NCBI GenBank assembly: GCA_964234715.1 | Contig: OZ174280.1 | Direction: 5' to 3' (one strand) | Origin: Podarcis melisellensis | Lineage: Eukaryota | Length of the DNA stretch: 64,000 nt | Part shown: positions 1 through 11,781 of the stretch, piece after piece | Position numbering within the stretch: position 1 is the stretch's first letter | Layout of the letters: the number at the start of each line of letters is the position of its first letter | Translations under genes and position numbers: made by a program | Notes under the pieces: generated by a model | Databases searched by the model: none | Seen by the model: only the letters and a program-made list of their open reading frames with translations | Told to the model about the DNA's origin: nothing

Positions 1-1057
1 GTTTTTATTGAGAATTTTTAATATTTCTTGTAATCAACTTAGAGATTTTATTACATTCAAGAGGTATATAAATTTTGTTAAATAACAAAAGAAAAATATG
101 TGGAAGAGCAACGCTCTGCATCCTTAGCTGAATTTTCAGATTGCTGGATGTCAAACACGTGGTTAGCAGCAAAAATGTCTGGGTGGTATCTGGGGAATGT
201 CTGGAACTCTCCTGTTTGGCTGCTTTAATGCCTTGGTATTTGCTTCATTTTCCTTGGAATGTTCAATAATATATTTACTAGAAAACAATTTCCTTCAGTA
301 CTCAATTTACTAGGGCAACGCATAATATGAGGAACTGACTTGCAGCTGATGACCTGGTTTTGCTTAGGGAATTAAGCACTGGCTTCGCTGAACCAAACAA
401 GCAAACAATCATTGAATCAGGTTCTTGCAGGGATGTCTCCAGACCTTTGCAAGCTCTGCCAGAGGTCACTATTAAAGCCAAGGTTACTTTGCCTCAAGCC
501 TCTTTCTGTTTTCCAATCAATAGCATTTATTTCTGAATTTAATGTTCCTATGAGCTCCCTTCCTTTTAATTGCAGCACTTACCGTAACTAGAAGATCTGA
601 GACCAGACACGTTATCAGAATACTAGCAGGGGGTGTCCCCCAGTGCTGCCTGGGAATTTGTAGAAACAATGAAATATTGTGATTCATAAATGGATTGTGT
701 AATTTGTGAGTTAGAATCCACCACACACAAAATTGAGTGAAGTCACAACAAAGTCATGTTTGGGTCTGCCATCTTTATTCAAAATGGTGCATGGTGTCCA
801 AACATCAACAGAGACTTCTGCCCCCACTTCGGGAACCCTTCTGCCAAGTTTGGCAAATATGTCTCGAAAGGTGGCTGAACCTATAGAGAAGTGAGTGACG
901 GACAAACAAACCCCTTGCAAAACCTACAGTAGATACAGTGATTTGATTGACAGACAGTTAAGATAGCAATAGGGGGAAATAAATAAACACATGATTTGTT
1001 CTAGAGAAGATTAATAAATAATTTTGTTTTAGAACACACCACAAGGTGGCAGCTTAC

Positions 1058-1103
1058 CTTCAAAAATCAAGGTTGCAGCAGGGATAGCCCTGGCTCACAA
1101 AAG
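1058..1103 (-). other. Candidate 46-nt non-coding exon of the downstream gene
   Basis: Long pyrimidine tract ctctttttttatccctgtcactttttcaag| and strong donor AAG|gtaagc; no ATG inside. Confidence 0.4.
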
Positions 1104-1308
1104 CTTGAAAAAGTGACAGGGATAAAAAAAGAGGCATTTGGGTGGGGCCCTTTACATAGAATGAGATATTTGGGTAAAATCATGACTAGGAACAATACCA
1201 CAAATCAGCAATGTGGATCAGCTACTCTTACATGGTAAAAAGATGGCCGAATAAGATAGATCTCCTTCCTTCTTTAGCATTGCTCCAAGAGATAAAATTC
1301 ATGATATG

Positions 1309-1517
1309 CAGTGGTACCCCGGGTTACATACGCTTCAGGTTACAGACTCCACTAACCCAGAAATAGTACCTCGGGTTAAGAACTTTGCTTCAGGATGAAA
1401 ACAGAAATTGTGCAGCAGCAGGCCCCATTAGCTAAAGTGGTGCTTCAGGTTAAGAACAGTTTCAGGTTAAGAACAGACCTCCAGAACGAATTAAGTATTT
1501 AACCAGAGGTACCACTG
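1309..1517. mobile_element. Non-autonomous Tc1/mariner-type MITE, copy 1
   Basis: TIRs CAGTGGTACC...GGTACCACTG, TA on the right flank (TG on the left); near-identical to 57141-57356. Confidence 0.88.
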
Positions 1518-1829
1518 TACCAGAAGTACAGTGCCCAAAGCTTGGGCATAGTCAATGTCAGCCTTAAGCCTTATGAACTGGTAGAAAGTTGAACACTTCA
1601 GGAGCGTGCGCTGAAATTTTATTCAGACATTTTACAATCAAGTAAGAAATATGCACTGAACCCTGCCACTGCTTCAAAAAATATTCTTAAATTTTAAATT
1701 CACATGTGCCCATTCAGGGCTCAGCATCAACATCCATTTTCAGTGAAGGGCCGGGGTCATAGCTCAGCAGGAGAGCATTTGCTCTGCATGCAAAAGGTCC
1801 CTGGTTCAACTCCCCCACATCAAAAACCA

Positions 1830-1952
1830 CCTGGAGGTGGCACAATGGGTCAGTGTGTCTGGCGGTTAACCAGAATGCTGGTGGTTTGAGCCCATCCTGG
1901 GACAGTTGTGGGCAGGATTCCTGCACTGCAGGGTGTTGGACTAGATGACCCT
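1830..1952 (+). mobile_element. SINE with CR1-like 3' tail (Squam3/POM-like)
   Basis: Ends in TTCCTGCACTGCAGGGTGTTGGACTAGATGACC, the same tail as 38455-38590. Confidence 0.7.
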
Positions 1953-2026
1953 ACAGGAGGGAATGGAAGATTTCCACCAGAAACCCTGCACAGCTGCTGT
2001 CAATCAATCCAGACAATACTAAGCTA

Positions 2027-2082
2027 AAAGGTAAAGGTAAAGGGACCCCTGACTGGTTTAACCCACAGCACCACCCGCATCC
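2027..2082 (-). mobile_element. Internally deleted Sauria SINE (both ends only) with 13-bp TSD
   Basis: (AAAGGT)n tail plus GGGACCCCTGAC fused to TGGTTTAACCCACAGCACCACCCGCATCC; flanks CAATACTAAGCTA / CAATACTGAGCTA. Confidence 0.8.
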
Positions 2083-2260
2083 CAATACTGAGCTAGATGG
2101 GCCAATAATCTGACTTGATATAAGACAGAGAATGACTTCTGGAGTGTGCTAATCAATGAAGAAATGATGCCACTTGTGCAAGAGCCTTTTCCCTAACATT
2201 GGGTGGCCACAGCAAACTTCCACATAGTTATGACTATGGTCAAGGCTTCCAGTGTCAAGG

Positions 2261-2614
2261 CTCAAACTTCTCTTTTGAGAATTGATTATTGAGCACAGCC
2301 AATCCTTCTAATCTGCTCAGTACCGCTTTCTCCCGCAAAGCCACTTCCGGCCTGCCCAGGAGGTGGGGTTGCGGGCTTCACGCTCACCCCACGTGAGCGG
2401 GGGCTGGTCCCAGCCCCTGCGAGAGCAGGGGAATCCCAGCCAGGCCAGCCCCTCCCAGCCAGCCAATCAGCTGGCTAATTGGGGGGCGTGGTTTGCCCTA
2501 TTTAGAGCTGGCACGGAGGGGGCCCGCCCTCTTTTCTCAAAACTTCTCTTTTGAGAATTGATTATTGAGCACAGCCAATCCTTCTAATCTGCACAGTACT
2601 GCTTTCTCCCACAA
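2261..2614. repeat. ~78-bp direct repeat (2261-2338, 2536-2614) flanking a ~197-bp GC-rich insert
   Basis: Copies differ by 3 substitutions and 1 indel. Confidence 0.93.
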
Positions 2615-3539
2615 TATCTTGATTGCTTCCACACCACCACTGCAAATATAGTACAGGAGGCAGAACCTGAGCATTACAAGCAAGAGAAAACAGGCAAACG
2701 GGAATGACAGTGATCCCAATACATCATACATACATCACAGAAGGGGCGGTCTACAACAGAATCCTATCTGGCAGGAAACCTGTTGATGGGTTTACCTGGC
2801 TGTTAATGGGTTTACCTAGTGAGCCTGGTCATTCTTTTGTGATGATAAATACTTAATTCCTGAGTCCAGGTCACAGGCTCATCCTATTCATATATTAAAT
2901 GTGCCCTTAAGGCAGGATTTGTGAACGAAGAGACAATGGGGAGGTTTTTCTCATTTCCTCCCTCCTTGCAGAAAAACATTTGAGGTCAATTTGGGAGAGA
3001 CGAAATGGTTTCAGGACTTTTTTTTTGTACTGTTTCAGACATGTGGTTTATATATTTATGTATGTGTTTGCTTGGTACATTTATTTTATATCTTAGACCT
3101 TATAATTCTCATAACAATAGAAAAGGTTATGATGGAGAATACAACGTTTTTCAGTCAGCCAGAGGCCATCGGTATATATACTGCCTCTGAAGTTTGGGCA
3201 AGGGGTGAGGAACCTGTGGCTCCAGGCAGCATGGCCAGTGGTCAAGGATGATCTAGAGAGCCACAGGTTCCCCACTACTGACTTAAGAGGTCCCATTCTT
3301 ACCGCGTATGGACTCACTGTTCTAATAATGTGTTATTAGAGTGATGCATTAAAATTGTCATTGAGCTGCTCTCAGATTTGCTACAGAAATTATGCCTTGA
3401 CCAACCAGCAGTCTGGTCCGGCTGTCCTGTTTAATAAATCACACCTAGGGACACCTGAATACATTGGGCTGATAGCACATGTGAGTTGAGAAAACCCCTT
3501 GAGTTGCTCTGGGAGAGGGAATCATTCATCCTCCTCTCA

Positions 3540-3850
3540 GCACTGGCAGCATGAACCCCAGTACTGTGACTTCCTGTGAAACCAGGGACAGAGCAAAGAA
3601 CTTGTTGCAACCAGCTGCGTTTCAGCCCTGCAGAAAACAGCTTGATTGAACATCAAAAGACTTTCCCTCCTCCTCACACCAAAACTTGCTGTAAATAATT
3701 AACTCCCTGGAACAGAAACCAAAAGGGACTTTTGGAGCCGTAATTACAAAAATATGATGCGGTTTCCCCCAGTTGAAAAGCAAAAGGGGACAAAAAAGGA
3801 AAATGAAATAAATCCCCAACTAAATTAGGAATCGTTCCCTTTGCTTAGCT
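3540..3850. promoter_or_regulatory. Candidate immune-inducible promoter/enhancer
   Basis: ETS ACTTCCTG 3569-3576; kB-like sites at 3658-3667 and 3761-3770; ISRE-like GAAAATGAAA 3799-3808. Confidence 0.35.
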
Positions 3851-6800
3851 CCCTCCAGCTTGGGGGGGGGGGGCTTGGAGGAATGTTCACTCCCCTCCAC
3901 CCTAAGCTCCCTTGGCAACAGCCTGAAGATGAAACCTTTTGTAATCAGGGCATTGCAGGAGGTGGTCATGCTCAGCCACATCCTGTTAGCAACTAGACAG
4001 GTGTGTTTAATCTAAAATGGATGAGGGCTGGGGAGGAAGCATGGAAAGCATTAGAAGCTTCAGTGTTCATTAGTAACTGACATTCCTTGGCAAATCAGAG
4101 GTTAAGGCCAATGGGAGGAAGAAGCAAAGGCTCCCCGAGGACCAAGGAATGGGAAGAAAGCTCTGCGTCCACATTTTGTTAAGATGGTGCACATGTGAAA
4201 GTCTCTGGAGTGCCCAGATACCTTAACATTGACAAGAAGGGCCTGTCCAGATGGTAGCCTTCCTTGTGGCTGGTTTTGTGTTGTAGAATGAAAAGTGTGT
4301 GTGTGTTGGGGCAACTGTCCCGGAAAAACCAGGACATCCTGATTTTTCCCATGAGAGCACAGCAGCCATTTTGGGTGCCATGATCTTGCCCTGAAAAAGT
4401 GTTTTTGGGGTGCCATCTTGTGTGGCACTCATTTTGGGGCACTGTGTCCAAATTTCTGGAGCTGCAATCTCACACAGGTCATGTGACTCATGCAGGAATG
4501 TGGCGCTGGAATATGGCGTCCCTGTTTTCTCCCGAGTCATGTTGGAGGTTATGCAAGGTCGTGTTGGAGGTTATGTGCCACCTTAGAGGAAACGACTAGT
4601 TCCCACTACCAGTTAAAAGGTGACATATGAGGTTTTCTTTTATTGTATTAATCATATTTATTCTCCATCCTTCACCCTAAGGTCCCAGGGCAGGTTACAG
4701 CACTGAAACACAGTATTAAAAACAATTTAGAACAACCCGTTTCTTATGGCTCACAGGTAACCCATCAGAAGGCAGATTAACACAAAGCCCTTCACAGACA
4801 TTCGATTTATGTTTATTAAACTGGTATATCACATCCCACTAGAAAGTCCCAAACTAAAACACAAGCAAGTAAAAATAAAATAAAATAAGAAGACAACACT
4901 CAAAACCCTTTTGTCCTGGAAGCAACCCCAGAGGTGATTCATCTAGACAAGTATAGACTCACACCTGAAGGGATAGATGTGGTTAAATAGTTTTGAAATG
5001 TAGCCACAGAAACATTTTACATTTTAAATTATAATATCAAATTGAAGCTCTATCAGTCATACAGTAATAATAATACAGTAATAAGTAATAAATTTTGACA
5101 TTGCACAAACTGTAAACATGCCACTATCATCACAAACAGGAAGTGATGTCAAAAATTGTTCTGTCTCTTATCAATTATGGTTGAGATCAGTCTAAACATC
5201 TGGATGGCATCAGGTTGGGGAAAGCTAGTTTAGACCTATCACAGTCTTACAATGCAAAATCATTGTTCACCTCTGTCTTTTTAGAAGTACGTATTATTAA
5301 ATATTTGATTAACTCTAAATAATAATAAAAGAATCCTTCTCTTCCTCCTAAAGTTACTTTTCCTTCCAAGTACTTCTCAAGCCCTCTGGTCTTCCTCTAT
5401 TTTACAGCAGAGAAAAATGTGCTTTTAACTCATGTTACAGTCTGTGTTTTGAAAATTCCCCAGCCATAAAATATTTGACAGCTCTTCAGGGCTTATCACA
5501 GTTCAACAGCTAAGACACACTGGGGGTGAGGGGGGAGAGTGAGTTGTAAAGCAAAATCCTGATTCTTTTTTTTTTTTTAAGGACACACAGGAGCAAAATA
5601 TCTTCCTTATTTCAGCAGAATCCAGAATACCCTTCCACGTCAGCTTTGTCCTATTCAAAAGTGAAAGCAATCATTTGAAACATTCAGAGCATTTTTGAGA
5701 CAAGGAAATCCTAGTTAACATATTTGAGATTATACATGAAGGGAAGCTACTTGGAAGTAAACTCCATCAATAGCAGTGAAACCTCCATGTAGGGTAGAAT
5801 TAGGGTCTACAACAAAATGTTGCAGCATATATTCCCAGTTCCCACCTACTAAAAAGGAATGCTCCTGTTCAGGGCTGTAGTCAGCCTTGATGTCTTTGCT
5901 TCTTAGAGTGGGGAAAATTTTAGGAGGGGAAAGAGGGAGAAAGGGATACTGCTTTCTTGGCTGTGCTTTACAGCACTATAGCGCTTTAGACTGGGGACTG
6001 GCTGCTGACCCCAAACTTGAGCATTTTAGAACTATAAAGCAGGAAGGAAGCTGGAGTGAGAAAGGAAAGCAGTGCCTTATTTATTTTTCTTCCTCCCCAA
6101 ATTTCCCTGTATAATGCAAGGAGGGAATTTTTTAAACCATACAGCATGGATTCCCAACCATAGATATAAATGATAAACTCACACAGCTTCTGGTCTCTTA
6201 GGTGGAAGTTAAGTGTTTCCCGACAGAAAACCATGCAAAATCTGTGAGTGCACTCCCCCCCCAACAACAAAAGATAGCAAGAAAGACAGGTGGTTTCTGT
6301 CTTTGACATTCAATATGAACCTGGAAATTCCATTTCCAAACAATTAGGTGAGTTAAGATTTCCTATCTCTATACACCTAATATCAACAGTCTAAATGATC
6401 ATGCATTTTCTTCTGGCCATTCTGGCATTTCAAATATTTTCTCTCTTAATTAACTCATGAGTATACTTCTGAATACCAAGAGAGCTTTCCCTTGCATATG
6501 TAGAAACATACACTTAGGGACACTTTGCACTGAGTCATCCATGTTTGCTATTGGACATTATACTTCCAATGAATATGTAAGACTTATTCTCCTTGTAAGA
6601 AATGGGCTTTCCTGGCTTAGGACTAAAGAACAGCGACACACAGGACAGTACAGGAGGGCATGGAGACAGAGCAGTGGGGGTCATTGCGGTTGGGGAACCA
6701 GAATAGGAGCGCTAATATGAAGGTCATCAAATCCTTCCTCCCTGGACGTTCAAATCTTCATTAAATGTTCTCAGATTTCAACCAACAATGATTAGGGCTT

Positions 6801-6863
6801 AAATGTTTGTGTTTTTAAATATGTTGCAGTCCTTTCTGAAGCAAGCGATTAACAAGCAATAGC

Positions 6864-6909
<46 letters not shown>
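6864..6909. repeat. (AAT)n microsatellite
   Basis: About 15 units, read directly. Confidence 0.97.
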
Positions 6910-6910
<1 letters not shown>

Positions 6911-8289
6911 CTTCAGTGTGAAATTCAGCTTTCCTTTTTACCCTCTGGCAAAGTCAGCTCCATCTTGGATTCTCAGAACACACAGGGATGCTGGGAATAA
7001 TTTATGATTGACAGCTCCTGCAAGGGTGGGTGAACCCATGAATGACCCATCTCCCATAGGACTGGAATGGGTAGGAGCAATTGCACAAGCCTCTCCAAAG
7101 AAACTGGCACCCTGCTGGAAAGACCTCCATCAACAGGCTCTGCCAAGTAGTTGAATCATGGAAGCATTATCCAAGCCACTGTAGGAGCTTCTCAGACATA
7201 AGCAACTCTCAGTCAGTGAGCCACATGAACCATTTGTTGACACAGAAGATCAAAGAACCTGGTATGCTAAGCCATCCCTGAAGGATTGCCTTCAGGAGTG
7301 GGATTTTGTTAATGCTTTTGATTTATTTGATTAATTTTTCTCTTACCCTCTCGGGGCTGTTTTAGGTGGTTTCCCCTTCGGTTGCAGGTCATGTCTAGCC
7401 CTGCTGAGCTTCAAACACGGAAGAACATCAGTTGTCTTCAGATCAATTTCCCTGTATTTCCCCACTGCCACCCTGCTCCAGAATCTTGCTGATTCCGTCT
7501 CCCCAACCCATCTGTTTTTCCTTTATGTGGATCATGCTGACAGTATCTCCCTGCGGGCTTCTGTTAACAAACACCTAGCTGAGTTTCCCCACAAAACAAT
7601 GCCAGTCATTTTCCTCTTATGGATGGCTGCCTTCCATGCCACATGGGGATTCACCCTCCAGTTCTCAGAATGCTTAAAGCAGGACTGAAGCAGGAAGCAG
7701 ATTGCAGCTGTGCAAGGCAAAGCAGACATTGGCTTAGCATGGTTGCAAGTCCCATCCCATATGAATGTACTGGCAGTTTATCTGTATGTGAATCATCAGA
7801 AGGAACTCAGTGGAAATAATAGCAGCAGATTCATAGCCAGTTGTTGGGGCCTCACTGAAGACACAGTGGGAAGAGAAAGCAAGATGCCCCTGGGTTATAT
7901 CTTTAGATATTTTTAAACTGCATTGCCAACTCAGTGGAGAGAAGCATATGGACAATTCTTTGGTTAGTTATCTTCCATACAGTCACATCACTGTGCAACC
8001 AACATGCAACACGGGGGCTGCTTCTCCCCCTACATCTTTACAGAAGTGGTTGCTCACCCCCCCCTTGCCACTACCTCTTGATCTATGGTCAAGATGTAAA
8101 TACATTGCACAAAGGTAAGATCCAAAAATTAGGTCCATGAGTGCTGAGACCAGAGGTCTTGCTTGTAGCTCCAATTAGTAGCCCTTCTGTTTCAGCAAAG
8201 CAGAGCTAATCCCTGGGTTGAGATCCCCACTCAGGCAGTTACTGTCTCTTAGCCTATCCTATCTGCAGCGCAAACTATGATATTGCTAC

Positions 8290-8546
8290 AAGGGTAGTGA
8301 ATGCCATCAACTTGGATGGCTTAAAAAGAGAATTATACACATTCATGGAGCGCAAAGTGATCAATGGCTATGTTCTACCTTCACTGTTGAAGGTAGGAAG
8401 GCTCTGACTGCCAGTCGCTGGGAATCGTAGCTGGGGAGTGTGTTGCTGCTTCCTGGCTTCCCATAGGCATCTGGTTGGACACTATGAGAACAATGGACAG
8501 GATGGGCCATTGGTTTGATCCAGCAGCCCCTCTTATGCTCTCATGT
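8290..8546 (+). mobile_element. CR1-like LINE 3' fragment
   Basis: GATGGCTTAAAAAGAGAATTATACACATTCATGGAG...TGATCCAGCAG...CTTATG tail typical of squamate CR1. Confidence 0.65.
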
Positions 8547-8723
8547 GCCTCACAGGATTGGGGTGGAGATAAAATGGGAAACTGGAAAACCTCATCTCCC
8601 ACCTTGAGCACCTTGGAGGAAAGGCGGGTTGTGAATTTAATAGTAAATAAACAAACATATTTCACACAGAACAGACATCAGACAGGTTTGTCTGTAGGCC
8701 AGCACTTCCACCATACCCAAACA

Positions 8724-8729
8724 TTTATT
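8724..8729 (-). terminator. Candidate distal polyadenylation signal AATAAA
   Basis: Several upstream UGUA motifs (8820-8900) and a downstream GU-rich tract CTGTCTGATGTCTGTTCTGTGTG on the minus strand. Confidence 0.62.
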
Positions 8730-11117
8730 TTTCCAAAACTATTGCTAATGACAACAGATATATTTGTTTCCCCTCAGCACGGATTTAACAGTTCCAACAC
8801 ATTTACTCCTCTAATACTGTACAATACTGTACCAAAAAGAAAGAAGAGATGTACCTCCAATATTGTACATAGTAGTATATATACAAAGTACAATTTTACA
8901 GTTTGCTTGGGTATTTTTTTCTTTTTCTTTTTACTTTGAAAGGAAAATATATACACCATATATATAGATTGGTGTAGAAGATAAACAAACAAATGGAAAA
9001 TTGCTTTTAAAACAAGAACATTTCATTCCAAACCCATTAAAACAACAGTTGTTAATTTAAAAACAACAACAACCCATATAATCTAATGCACTGAATGGAC
9101 CCAAACCTGATTTTGCAGGATTAGATTTTAAAACATAAAAATTGAAGACTGTTAGACTGTGCAACTGAACTGTGTTACATACAGTAGAATAGAGACATCA
9201 CTGCCATTCCTTTTCCAAATATATATATGTGTTAGCATTTTGGCTACATGGATTACTGTCTTTTACGTCACCTGTTCATATTTTAAGTATATTGCTCTAG
9301 CAATTTGGCACCCGCAAAGCCCAATCCAGGAAGCTCTGTTTAGGCAGATTATAGCCTTCAACTTCCAGAGAGAGAGAGAAATCTTGCTAGTCCCACTATA
9401 ACTTGAAGCTTTATTTCCATCATATGGACCATCTCACTTGTAAAGAAGAAAACACAGTCTGAAAGATATTGGTTCAAAGGCGATTCTAAGACTGCATTTT
9501 TTTAAATAAAAAAAAATTGGAAATATTTGCATTGGAAGCTCACATATTGTTTATTATTTTATTTTAAAGAAGCAATAACCCAGACCCTTAAATAGACTCC
9601 CTCATGCTTGCCAGATCAACTATGATGGAAATTTCTATTACATTTTGCTTCTTTTGCATTTAAGCATTCAAACAGGAAAAGTTGTTGAAACCTTCGAAAA
9701 GCAGCTACTGCACGTGCATATTTGGTTGTGCGCTATGCAGCAGAGAGGCAAGATTGACTTTTCCAAAGCATTGTGCGGTCCAAGCTTCATTCATAATTAT
9801 CTGAGGTGGGAAAACATTTCTAGAAGCTATTCATAAAGCTATAAGCAAGGCAGAATTCTTCCCAGGAATACAAATTTTTAGGACCCATCTTTCCTAGCCA
9901 TGTCTGAGACAATTTAGCACCACATTTACATCCAAACCATTTGCTTGACACACACATACGTGTTGCTCTTTTGAGAAATTGCATCCTAAAAGACACTCAA
10001 GCCAGAGACTTTCCGGGTAAACATGTCTCATATATGACTTTGCAGGCTTATAAGCAAAGAGAAACTGGGTTTTCAGTTTCCTCCCTGTGTCTTAGGTACA
10101 TATTTCATTATAGTTTTGTAGCTACCCTAATGAAAGCTTGCTGTATTTTAAAGCACAGTATACATTACACCCTAGAAAAGTCAGTAAAAGGAAAGATTAG
10201 TCCTGAAAGGTGTTCAGCCCTTTGGACTGTGACCCAGAAAACAGCTAAAATTTGTTATCAAAGAGAACAGCTACATTCATGAGGCTCTAGTGTTTTCCAT
10301 GCAACAGGGCCAGATACCAGAATCGGGAGATACCAGCACCTTGGGAGCAAAGTCCAAACCAGTGAAGGATATGATCAGACAAACTCTTTCCCTTTCCTCT
10401 TGAAACAATCCAGAAGCAGACCAGATGAAGGCATAGGAGGCAGACATGTTAGAGGAAATGAGAGACCCTGGACTCCTTAGCAAACTCCGAAGGGAGAATG
10501 ACACTGGGGGGGTTCAACTGTGGAGGGTCTCTCTTCTCCCTGGTATGCTCCCCCTGTTCCAGATCATTAATAGGGGGAGCAATTTGGAGAAGATGGGCAA
10601 CTAATGTCACCTGCAGCCCAAAATCAGGGTCAGAAAGACAGTTGAGATGCAATTGTGCTGGTCTTAAATAACAGTGCTCTGTTCAAGTGAAAAGTTACAG
10701 AGAGTTACAGATACGGACGTTATGCACTGTTATGCTGAGACATAAATCTTTGGAGGACTGAATCCTGTGGGCAGCAATGGCGGCTTCAGCAAAATTCTGA
10801 CTTTCGCCCAGCCAGGGGGCCCACCAACCTTCGTGGAGGCTCATCAAAAGAAAGCAAAATGCCATTGGCCATGGCTGTAGGAAGAGCAAAAGCCCCTGCT
10901 TTGTTTCACATCTGGCATTTCTACTTTCTATTGGGGGTGGGGCAGGAAGTTACCTGAACAGAATATTATTCAAACAATTGTATACTAGTAAGAGAATGAG
11001 GGTTTGGGGGATTCCCGCCCCCCTCAGTAAGTATGTAAAGGATAGATTTGTTCATGATCACAGTGTTATTTAATATCCAGTGCTTCACCATTCAGTCAGT
11101 AGAGATATAAGGGAAAC

Positions 11118-11118
<1 letters not shown>

Positions 11119-11161
<43 letters not shown>
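11119..11161. repeat. (GT)n microsatellite, read as a CA repeat in the predicted mRNA 3' UTR
   Basis: About 21 units. Confidence 0.97.
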
Positions 11162-11163
<2 letters not shown>

Positions 11164-11664
11164 GGTGTGATATTTCAGTGTATTAGCATGTGTATCTGAG
11201 CCTAGAGGTTGAAAGGGGCATTTAGATAACCACCATTTGAAAGAAAGTGAGATGCTTAACAGTAAGCGAAACATATTATTCTATGGTCAGCTGGAAGAAA
11301 TAAGAATTTAGTTGCCAAGTTACAGGTAGAGAAACTCCAGATTGTCAGCTAAAATGCTTTTATTCCCCTCTATAATGTCTATGTATTACCTCCATCTATT
11401 TGTTAAATGCTGGTCTTGCATAAGACACTAAATTACATCGACTTTTGGCTTTGTATCTCACGCTGGTAGGTGAAGCTACATTTTATGGGCATATCTAAAC
11501 CACAGTGCAGATTCCCGGGAAACTGAATGGGACTACAGCATTAAAATCAGGTTTTGGTGGTGTTGGTTTTTTTTGTTTTTTAAAAAGTAATGCCCTCTTT
11601 CCAGTGAACCTGAGTATCTGTATGTTGTGTATGGGCATGTTTGTAATGTAGATATGCCCTAAAT

Positions 11665-11781
11665 CAGAATTTGCCAACCTGGTACCCTCCAGATGTTTTG
11701 GTCTGCAACTCCATGGGCTGGCTGGGGCAGATGGGGGTTGTAGTTCCAAGCATTTGGAGGGCACCGGGTTGGCAAAGGCTG
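11665..11781. mobile_element. Small palindromic hAT-like MITE (related pieces near 18735, 42770, 50990, 53230)
   Basis: GCCAACCTGGTACCCTCCAGATGTT...CATTTGGAGGGCACCGGGTTGGC inverted arms. Confidence 0.75.

Larger units (their letters stand above)
1753..2128 (+). mobile_element. tRNA(Ala)-derived SINE interrupted by two nested SINE insertions
   Basis: tRNA-like head with A/B boxes at 1753-1821; body GAAACCCTG...AGACAATACTGAGCTAGATGG resumes after the inserts. Confidence 0.75.

Noticed and set aside
1753-1821. tRNA-Ala(TGC)-like sequence as a real tRNA gene
   Set aside because: The acceptor and D stems are mismatched, there is no poly-T terminator, and it continues into a SINE body.
2339-2535. 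Hammerhead ribozyme / retrozyme in the hairpin-rich insert
   Set aside because: No CUGANGA + GAAA core seen on either strand. Other ribozyme classes would need an Infernal/Rfam search.
2781-2820. Short tandem duplications (also near 17862, 20103, 34180, 39961)
   Set aside because: Ordinary slippage-type 11-25 bp duplications; no repeat-spacer array, so not CRISPR-like.
1-8700. Protein-coding exons of IKBKE or another gene
   Set aside because: No kinase-like or otherwise recognisable peptide in any listed frame.
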